The notes beneath the pieces are model-generated. The model was not told the DNA's origin and made no database searches. It was given only the letters and a program-made list of their open reading frames with translations. The position numbers and the translations under genes were made by a program. This document shows, one piece after another, positions 54,691 through 64,000 of a stretch of 64,000 nucleotides of DNA (the stretch's first letter is position 1; the number at the start of each line of letters is the position of its first letter). Source of the stretch: Leucoraja ocellata (lineage: Eukaryota); the NCBI GenBank assembly GCA_036785375.1, contig JAWMAR010000531.1, positions 558,001-622,000 of the forward strand, in the 5' to 3' direction.

Positions 54691-54748
54691 AAGTACATCT
54701 GAAAGTAACTTCAGTTACCTCATCACTTAAATACTTCCATCTTTACAG

Positions 54749-54859
54749 ATGCCCAGTGGACGGCTTTTCCATGCTGCAGCGGTAATTTCTGATGCAATGT
54801 ATATCTTTGGTGGGACAGTGGACAACAATGTGAGGAGTGGAGAGATGTATCGCTTTCAG
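54749..54859 (+). CDS. LZTR1: LZTR1 exon (human exon 11 equivalent)
   Basis: [37 protein letters not shown]; 111 nt. Confidence 0.97.
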
Positions 54860-55701
54860 GTAAGAGATGAGTCTATCTGCTTGTACATAGTTGCTCCTAA
54901 TGAAGGACTATTATAAATAAATCATGCCTGATTATAATGACAGGAACAAAATCCTAAAGCATATATGGTTAGAAATTTGCAACATAGCTAAAGCACCAAA
55001 CATAAATTGCATCATTCATTTCAAAAATAAATCTGCAAATGTTTTGCATTATTGAGAAAATTGAATTTGTAACACTGCTTTCAAATACAGTCTGGATAAT
55101 TGTTATTTATAATATTAAGCATGCCAAATAAAAACTTTGAATTCTGGACAATTCCACAAAGCAAAAATCCGAGTGCCATTCCTGCATCAGTGTGTGGTAA
55201 GTTTTGGAAACTGGAAAGGTTAGAAAACAATCATGTTTTAAGTTAAAGAAGAGAGAGGGTTGGAGAGAACCAAAGAAATGTCAGGAGGCCGAGGTGATAT
55301 GGATGACACAAATTAATTTGGCGAGAAGAGGCGAGTAAAGGTTTGTAATAGCAGGTAAACAATGTTTTTAGTATTTTCTATTTTTATTCCAAATTTCCAG
55401 CATCTGCAGTATAGTTGGGACAGGGTGGATGTGGCAAGGGAAAAAGTTCAAGTGCAGGAACCATAACATTTTGTGATGGGAGTTATTAGAAAACATGTTT
55501 GAGCATAAAGCTTACAGACGTTCAAATGGAAGTTAACTTAGTAGGAAAAAATTATAGAAAAATAATTTGAAAAGCTGGGATACATCCTTTGGAATGAGAG
55601 AAGATATTTATAGTACAACACAGCCTAGTATGATCAGATAGTCAATTTCTGTGTTGTCTGCATACAGCATCACATAATAAACATTTGCCTTCAAATTACA
55701 G

Positions 55702-55794
55702 TTTTCCTGCTATCCTAAATGCACTTTACACGAAGATTATGGGAGGCTGTGGGAGAACAGGCAATTCTGTGATGTGGAATTCATTCTCGGAGAG
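55702..55794 (+). CDS. LZTR1: LZTR1 exon (human 12 equivalent)
   Basis: [31 protein letters not shown]; 93 nt. Confidence 0.97.
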
Positions 55795-56039
55795 GTAAGA
55801 GATTTGGCACCAATACTGAACCACTGCGATTTCGGCATTCTTGTAATTTTGTCAATATGGGACGGTGAGATTTAAAATATGTAGTGCTGTAAAGCAAGGA
55901 CCTTGTCTCAGTACAGGATCTGATTGTATGCTGTTTGGTGGTTCACGTGATTTATCAATATTTCAAATATTCTTTGTTTGAGCTGATAATTTGTGCTCTA
56001 GTGGAATTTTAACTGACACAATATCTAATCATGTACCAG

Positions 56040-56135
56040 AAAGAAGAGCGTGTTAAAGGGCACATAGCAGTTGTCACAGCTCGAAGCAAATGGTTAAGGA
56101 AAAAGATTGCCCAGGCTAGAGACTGGCTGAAGCAG
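56040..56135 (+). CDS. LZTR1: LZTR1 exon (human 13 equivalent)
   Basis: [32 protein letters not shown]; 96 nt. Confidence 0.96.
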
Positions 56136-56566
56136 GTGGGTAGATGTATACGAATGAAAGTACTCCAGTGCTGTCAACGTAGTCAGATCATCACGGAGAG
56201 CATTTATTTTTCTCTATTGTCTGGATATTGTTGAAACGTTTCACAGCTGGGTTCTCTTTGTCTAGCAGCATCTCTGGGGAACATGGATCTTGAATTGCGA
56301 CCCTTCTGCACTGGAGATGAGTCCTGACCCAAAATGTCATCCATCCTTGTTCTCCAGAGATGCTGCCTGATCCACTGAGTTATTATTGTATATGTTTTTC
56401 TTTATTGATTTATGATTATTTATATTTATCTATGTTTCTGTATGTTTTTTTACATTATTTATATTGTTTATTTATATTGTAAATGTAGTTAAATATAAAT
56501 ATATTATAAAATAATTTGTGACATTAATAGACATTAAGGTAATCTCCAATGTTATTACTGTTACTT

Positions 56567-56570
<4 letters not shown>

Positions 56571-56624
<54 letters not shown>
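56571..56624. repeat. (AC)n microsatellite within AT-rich low-complexity DNA
   Basis: Read directly. Confidence 0.95.
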
Positions 56625-56626
<2 letters not shown>

Positions 56627-56900
56627 CAATATATATGCGTGTGTATCCAAGTGACTAATTTATTAAGATTTATTATATAAATAATGTTATATATATATAA
56701 AATATAAACAATGTCTTATATATATATATTTATTTATATATGTGTGTTTATATATTTATTTATTTGCATATATGCATATATATATTTATATATATATATA
56801 TATTTTTATATTTACATTTTTATATATAGGCTATGTGTGTATGTGTATATATACCATTAATCTTAATACTTTCCGCAAATTTATGTCGCTCTGGCATAAG

Positions 56901-57066
56901 AAAGCCAAGCAGGAGGTTGCTGTAGAAGCTGAAACATCAGGGACAAACCTGAAGCAGACAAGCTCGTTACTTCAGCTGGAGGTTGTGATCCGTGAAGCTG
57001 AGGCACAGCCATTTGAGATACTGATGCAGTTTCTCTACACAGACAAAATCAAGTACCCACGGAAAG
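56901..57066 (+). CDS. LZTR1: LZTR1 exon (human 14 equivalent)
   Basis: KAKQEV...[31 protein letters not shown]; 166 nt. The AAG acceptor is weak, so the 5' boundary is less certain. Confidence 0.9.
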
Positions 57067-58390
57067 GTAACATTCCAATATTTTGCTGATAAATAACCAT
57101 CCCTCAAATGTATCACCTTTATTTATTTATTTTTTTAATCTGCAAGCGTTTCTTTTTCTAAATTCTGAAATTCAGAGTTAATTGAATCCACAAAATTGCT
57201 TCTTATCTCTGCTTGGTCCCTCAAACCTAATTTTTTGATGGCTGTACTTTATTGTCAAGAGTCAAGAGTGTTTTCTTGTCATATACCTTCTTCCCAATGG
57301 CAGGAGTGAAATGAGTGTGTTGCCAAGGTTATGTGGGTCTTTAATTATGCTGGCAGCGACTCTTGTAGATCCCTTTGATTAACAAAAGCAGGATATGCTT
57401 AAATCATGCAGAACATGCTGTTTTAATTTCTATCTTGTTGTCTAGCTTTAACCAGTATGGCATGACAGGGCTGCACTAGTGGGCCCATGAGGGTAAAAAA
57501 ACGCCTGTATTTGCACTGTTAACTACCATCTGTCATCCTCTGCTGTTCAGTGTAGGAAATAAGAATAAGACCTGCTTTATCTGCCGTGCTTCTGCAATAG
57601 AACAGGCATTACTTAAAAGCTAAACTTAAAGCTGACCAACTTTAAGATGTAAGAAACTTGCTGTGGCTGAATTGAAGTTGATACTTTTAGAGGTCTTGAA
57701 GCAGGTTTGGAGGAAATTGGGTTGGCAAAAATACATTTCAAGAATGACTTGCAGAATTAATTTTCCATCATAACTGCCTATTTAAGCCAGCAGAATTCAA
57801 AACCTGGCATAGCTATAATGTTGATTTTGTTGGAAAGTTAATACATGAAAGGGGATTTATTGCCCATTTTGTATTGCTTTGCTGCTGTTATTACTGTTTA
57901 ATGATCTTCCTTTTTTGAGTTGCGCAATGGCCACAATTTGTGTGTGGATTTTTTTTTTTTTGTTGGATCAATTCAGCATTTACCTCTAAATCACAGCAAA
58001 CTTCAGACTTCCATACATGTACTGTTAAGTAGTAATGTTCAAATAATGGATGAGGGGGAAGTAAAGAGGCAGAATGAAACAGTCGGCTTAAGTGCATTCC
58101 TTTATGTTCTAGATTATATTTACATTTTTGAAGGCCTTTGTCAGAGTTGAAAATGTTAATGTAAATAATGTTATAGCTTTTTCTTGGATACTTTTAAAAC
58201 AACAAATGGAAGTTAGTAATTGGGTGAATAGTTGTTTAATCATTATGGGCTATGCTGGTAGTGACACGCTTTTTCCACTTAATATATTTTACAGCAACTG
58301 AAAACGTTTGAGCCAGAAACTATCTGTAATAATCAGCAATATCTGCTGTAAACAGTATGGCTGAAATGTTTACACTGTATTGCCTTGTAG

Positions 58391-58560
58391 GTCATGTGCA
58401 AGATGTCTTGCTGATAATGGATGTTTACAAGCTGGCCCTGAGCTTTCACCTGGCTCGACTGGAACAGCTGTGCTTACAGTACATCGAGGCCTCAGTGGAC
58501 CTTCAGAATGTATTGACTGTGTGTGAGAATGCCAACAAATTGCAGCTGGACCAGATGAAG
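58391..58560 (+). CDS. LZTR1: LZTR1 exon (human 15 equivalent)
   Basis: [56 protein letters not shown]; 170 nt. Confidence 0.97.
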
Positions 58561-58664
58561 GTAGGCAAATATGGAGTGAGGACAGAACAGCCAATTAAGT
58601 TATGGTGAGTGTTAATTGCCAACTGAAATCGGCATAGGCAACACAAAATTGACCTCTTTCATTT

Positions 58665-59015
58665 AGGTCATAAGTGATAGGAGCAGAAATAAGCCATTCG
58701 GCCCATCAAGTCTACTCCGCCATTCAATCATGGCTCATCTATCTCTCCTTCCAAACCCCATTCTCCTGCCTTCACCCCATAACCCTTGACACCAGCTCTA
58801 ATCGAGAATATATCTATCTCTGCCTTAAAAACATCCATTGACGACCTCCACAGCCTTTCTGTGGCAAAGAATTCCACAGGTTCACCACCCTCTGACTAGA
58901 GAAATTATTTCTCATCTTCTTCCTAAAGGAACGTCCTTTAATTCTGAGACTATGACCTCTAGTCCTAGACTCTCCCATCAGTGGAACCATCTTCACCACA
59001 TCCACTCTATCCAAG
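58665..59015 (-). mobile_element. CR1 3' end
   Basis: Minus-strand GLDRVDV..SRTRGHSLRIKG..FSSQRVVNLWNSLPQ plus the CR1 tail. Confidence 0.9.
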
Positions 59016-59197
59016 CCTCGTATACCCAAGATGAGTTTATTGTTTGTGTAATTTAAAAAATCCCAAAAGCTTTGTCCTTTCTTTTGCCTGTAATGAGTAG
59101 CTTTTACGATGAAGGTAGGTAGTTCCCATTGTGTATAGTACTTATCACAGGATTCTTTTCAACTTTGGCGTGGCTAAAGTCTTTTCTTTTGTTCCAG

Positions 59198-59354
59198 GAA
59201 TACTGTCTGAATTTTGTGGTGAAGGAATCGCACTTTAACCAAGTGATAATGACCAAAGAATTTGAGCTTCTTTCCACTTGCTTAATTGTGGAGATTGTAA
59301 GAAGGAAGCACCAACCCCCAACACGAATAAATTCTGATCAGCCTGTGGATATAG
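59198..59354 (+). CDS. LZTR1: LZTR1 exon (human 16 equivalent)
   Basis: [53 protein letters not shown]; 157 nt. Confidence 0.97.
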
Positions 59355-59489
59355 GTAATTTGGGTAAAATGAACATTTTGCAGTTCTTTCTGATAGTTGT
59401 TCGAAAGGATATTAATGTTCTCCTTTTGTTTTTCAACCCTTCCCCATTGTAAAGGTCAGCAGAACATTAAATAGACTTAATTTTTACAT

Positions 59490-59814
59490 TTAGCTGTCCG
59501 ATTCCGGCGCCCGCTCCCGTTTTGGCACTACTGATCCGTATGTTTGAATTTCCTTGTTCCTTAGTGCTCCCGTTTTTACCACCATCTCTCCACCTGCCGT
59601 CACCCCCCACCCAATCTGTCATTCAAAATGGGGGAAATCTGGAAGCCTTGGGCAAATTGAATTGTCACTCTCTTCATTTACTTATTTAATTATTTAATTA
59701 TTTATTTTGAGCGTGAGAAATGTTATGTCCCGCCAGCCGTTTTTTCAAAATATAGCAATTCAAAATGGGGGTGCATCTTCGACACAGGTGCGTCTTCATT
59801 GCTGGTAAATACGG
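59490..59814. mobile_element. Probable Tc2/pogo-like DNA transposon right end
   Basis: Ends gtgcgtctt...AAATACGG|TA, like CCGTATTT-type TIRs with a TA target; the left boundary is uncertain. Confidence 0.45.
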
Positions 59815-60499
59815 TAGTCTAAGCAAATGGGGCTAACTTAGATGGGTCGGCATGAACGAGTTGAACCGAAGAGCCTGTTTCCTTGCTGTATGATTCTATG
59901 ACTATATGACAAATTGTTTCCAGGTTATCTGTCTACATTTACCATTCGTCTACTTAATTGTTAAGAGATACTTGTTTCTTTTTTTTGAAGGTCTGGTCAC
60001 TGTCTGAATCCATGGTTAGGTAAAAGTACTTGCTAAGGCACAGGTTTTGCCATTCTTGTATGCAAGGAAAGAAGCAAAAACAGGTGATTTCTTGTTCAAG
60101 ATATGGTTCTCATGAACTAATAGACCAGGAGCAAAAAAAATAAAGCTAATTCAAATTGACCAATTAAATCTCCTGCATGGATATAATGGGTGGAAGCAGA
60201 ATTTCTCTGTTCCATAAAGTCCCCTCTGGTAAAATGGCTAATCTTTCCTCCATAAAATTGTTGCAGATTATTATTAGAATGGTTATAATAATCACAAAAT
60301 AGGATACTCAACTATTTGCAAAGATGTAATTCCTGTCCAAATGGATTCCTTCATCAAGGCTGTGTCTAAGTCGTAGAATTTAAGAGTATTGTTAGGACTA
60401 CCTTCACCAGAAGGATTAAAACACTTCAAAAAAACTGCTCACCACCATCTTTTCAAGGGCAGTTTGGGAAGAGACTAAAAAAAACCACTGTCCTTGCCA

Positions 60500-60745
60500 G
60501 GTAGCCAAAAATGCTGGAGCAACTCAGCGGATGAGGCAGCATCTATGGAGCGAAGGAAATGGGCAACTTTTCAGGTCGAGACCCTTCTTCAGACTGATGT
60601 GAGGGTGGGGGCTGGGGTGGGGCGGGTAGAAGAAAGGAAGAGGTGGAGACAGTGGGCTGAGGGAGAGCTGAGAAGGGGAGGAGAAAGTAGGGACTACCTG
60701 AAATTAGAGAAGTCAATGTTCATACCGCTTGGGATAGCTTGGCTG
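60500..60745 (-). mobile_element. Penelope 3' end with hammerhead-like core (60565-60592)
   Basis: Probable TSD TGTCCTT(G/A)CCA at 60489-99 and 60746-56. Confidence 0.8.
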
Positions 60746-61046
60746 TGTCCTTACCAGTGTCGCCCAGGTCCTGGGAAATAAATAGCATAATATGTTAAAA
60801 AAATATCAAAACTAGGTGGAAAAAGGAAGAGAAAGCCTGTGGACGAGTTAAATAACAAAGGGTGGAGGGATACACGAAGAGCATTGGCAGTGGATCTGTT
60901 GGACCAAGTGACCTGTAAGGTGTAGGTACTAAATGTATTACGCGCTGTCCTCCCTCATATAGTGCTTGTGGTATATCACATTCATTGTTGGTTGAACAGC
61001 TTTTTTTAATTAGGTTTTCCAGAATTTACCAGCTACTATCTTTTGA

Positions 61047-61199
<153 letters not shown>

Positions 61200-62490
61200 T
61201 AAGTAACACATAAAATACATCAATTTCCCCACTCCGCACTTTGCAAATGGTACTGCATTTGCTGTTGGATTCTGTTCATATATGTAGTTGAATCTTTTTA
61301 ATTGTCTATCCATAAGTCAACAGATATAGTGGAGACTTTTCTAAATGTACTTAACTATTGTAACTGCTACAAAAACGTTTCCTGTGGAAACGGATGGTAT
61401 GAATAGATAAAGGACCTGTGTGAAAGAGCCAATGCTACCTGTTTCTTGGAAATGCCTATTTTGTTTTAGTATGCTATGTGGTAATTATTCATTATCATTT
61501 GTAAACTGCTGCATGAGTGACATGGACAGCATAATATTTGAATCATTGTGGGTCTCCAAAGGAAATGCAGTCCCTACTTTTGCTCATTCCTTTTTCTATT
61601 TGTTTGAGATCTCGGATATTTAAAATGCATGTATACATTACTGGGCATTTTTAAAACCCATTGTGATTGCACACAAAATAAGATTACATGTAATTGTAAC
61701 CTTGCCAGGTTCCTGGAACTGTATAAATGTAGCTCCATTTTACAAACATATCCTTAAATTCGATGTTCAAAGTCCAGCTCTTTCCGGCTTGTACTGAGTG
61801 ATTTTTTTTTTTTTTTATGCAGTTTGCATATTGCTCAATTTGAAGGAATTTAATTATTTTATAACTGTCTCAAAGCTGACCAAATTAAAGAAATAAGACA
61901 ATTTAAGTTTTTATTGGAACTATATGTCTGTTTGCAAATAAAGATTTTGATAGTATTTGTCAGAGAGTATTCATAATTCTTGTCTGGGTGCAGTCATACC
62001 CCCAATATAAGCTGCGTGCCTATGTCATTATATGCACTTGCTCTTACTAATGTGAACATGAATATTTTGCCAGAATAAAACTATCGGGTTGCCTCCCACG
62101 AATGTTGCATTCTCTGCAGTGTGTCCTGGTTTGCTTTGTATAAAAACAAAACAAAATTAGCTCTGCAGAAATCTAGACATGGTATTCCCCAGATCGTCTG
62201 CATTTTCACTATGAATTGTGGTCAATAGGAAGAATGCATCCTATGTAAAATAAAAACCCAAGCCTAAGTAGCTTTCGTTTTATTGAGTTGCATAATAATT
62301 GATCATTTTATTTGTTTTATCAGATTGAAGGATTGAATGAAATGTTAACAAGACCCCTTCCCAAAACAAGCAAGTTAAACCATATCACACTCTCAAATTA
62401 CTCTAGTTTTTTTTAACTTAAACTTTGTTTGACTATGAATGTCCACACTGATAATTTGATTACTGATATTTGTCTTAATTTTTTTTATAA

Positions 62491-62650
<160 letters not shown>

Positions 62651-63244
62651 AATTGGCCTGAGGTTTACTTACACAGTAGCACGTCAATCTTCCGTCTGTG
62701 AAGCGTGCACTTCTAAACGAAAGGTGGCAATGTGTCTCTTGCTAAATTATGAATAGTAAAATACAGATTTAAGCTTGGAGATCGTCAAACTGGTTCTGCT
62801 AGTCCTGTTCCCAGTGGATGGAACTGGAGGAGAATAATTGTCTTGCCAAAGGAACATGCAGAAAATTAGAGTAAAACTGGGATTGCAAATCATGATCGTT
62901 CTTTGACTGGGAACTGATGGGAAAGAAGGAAAAGAAATTACATGAATAATATAAAAACGGTCTACAATCAAGTAATACAAGTGAGTTGAAACAGAAAGAA
63001 TAATTACTGTTGAGGAAAACCTATTATTTCTGTTCACTAACCTTCCTCAATGTCTTGTGGGATTTCCATACTAGAACATTGCTGCTTCCTGAACTAAGTG
63101 GAAGTATCTGCCAAAACACTTGAGCCAAGCAGGATATTGCATAATGCTACTTGTAAATGACTGTAAATAGTCCCACGTTTTTGAAAAGAGCCGCAAAGCA
63201 CAGCAGGATTACGATGTAATTACGATTACGATTCCACATTCCTC

Positions 63245-64000
63245 ACCTGTACATGGTACTAACGCCATCATCAAGTATGCAGATGATACAACGGTGATTG
63301 GCCTCATCAGCAACAACGATGAGTCGGCCTATAGGGAGGAGGTCCAGCTCCTAGCAGCATGGTGCGTTGACAACAACCTGGCCCTTAACTCCAAGAAGAC
63401 CAAGGCGCTCATTGTAGACTTCAGGAAGTCTAGGGGCGGCACGCACACCCCCATCCACATCAACGGGACGGAGGTGGAACGTGTTTCCAGCTTCAGGTTC
63501 CTGGGGGTCAACATCTCCGATGACCTCTCTTAGACCCACAATACCGCAACTCTGGTCAAGAAGGCTCACCAGCGTCTCTTCTTCCTGAGGAGACTGAAGA
63601 AGGCCCTCAGATCCTGGTGAACTTCTACCGCTGCACCATCGAGAGCATCCTTACTAACTGTATGACAGTATGGTATGGCAACTGCTCTGTCTCCGACCAG
63701 AAAGCACTGCAGAGGGTGGTGAAAATTGCCCAACGCATCACCGGTTCCTCGCTCCCCTCCATTGAGTCTGTCCAAAGCAAGCGTTGTCTGCGGAGGGCGC
63801 TCAGCATCGCCAAGGACTGCTCTCACCCCAACCATGGACTGTTTACCCTCCTACCATCCGGGAGGCGCTACAGGTCTCTCTGTTGCCGGACCAGCAGGTC
63901 CAGGAACAGCTTCTTCCCTGCGGCTGTCTCACCACTCAACAATGTACCTCGGTGACTGCCAATCACCCCCCCCCCCCCCCCCCCCCCCCCCGGACACTCC
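63245..64000 (+). mobile_element. Rex1/Babar non-LTR retrotransposon (RT YADD to 3' region), disrupted
   Basis: IIKYADDTTVIGLISNNDESAYREEV..KTK.LIVDFRK; stop at 63531-33; then YRCTIESILT..LPSGRRYRS; poly-C at about 63966-63991. Confidence 0.95.

Noticed and set aside
54489-54785. ORF running from CR1 into an LZTR1 exon (chimeric gene?)
   Set aside because: It enters the exon in the wrong frame and stops; no fusion protein.

Overview
Vertebrate genomic DNA, almost certainly from a cartilaginous fish and probably a skate or ray; this is inferred from the HE1/V-SINE, HER1/CR1, Rex1 and Neptune-type Penelope repeats. The right half (37851-62642, +) holds 17 clean coding exons of LZTR1 (Kelch + BTB/BACK, CUL3 adaptor for RAS/RIT1). 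The last visible exon ends at a U12-type (GTATCCTT) donor, and the final exons lie beyond the window. The left half starts with a CpG-island promoter and a 13-nt first coding exon (ATG GAC GAC TTG G|GTAAGA, MDDL) that matches paxillin exon 1. About 27 kb of intron-like DNA follows and runs into an exactly 200-N scaffold gap (29192-29391), and I found no exon 2 in the window. Everything else is intronic or intergenic DNA rich in decayed retrotransposons and PIF/Harbinger-like MITEs. Most notable: (1) the orphan PXN-like exon, meaning either a nested LZTR1 or a mis-join; (2) a candidate 45-nt in-frame cassette exon where human LZTR1 has its variable exon 10; (3) the conserved minor intron with an immediate stop on retention; (4) hammerhead-ribozyme cores in Penelope termini, including 80-100 nt TSD-flanked mini-insertions; (5) a possible divergent transcript from the LZTR1 promoter. 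I found no convincing wholly new multi-gene system. All gene and repeat names come from recall and manual reading, not database searches, and repeat boundaries are approximate unless a TSD or TIR is given.
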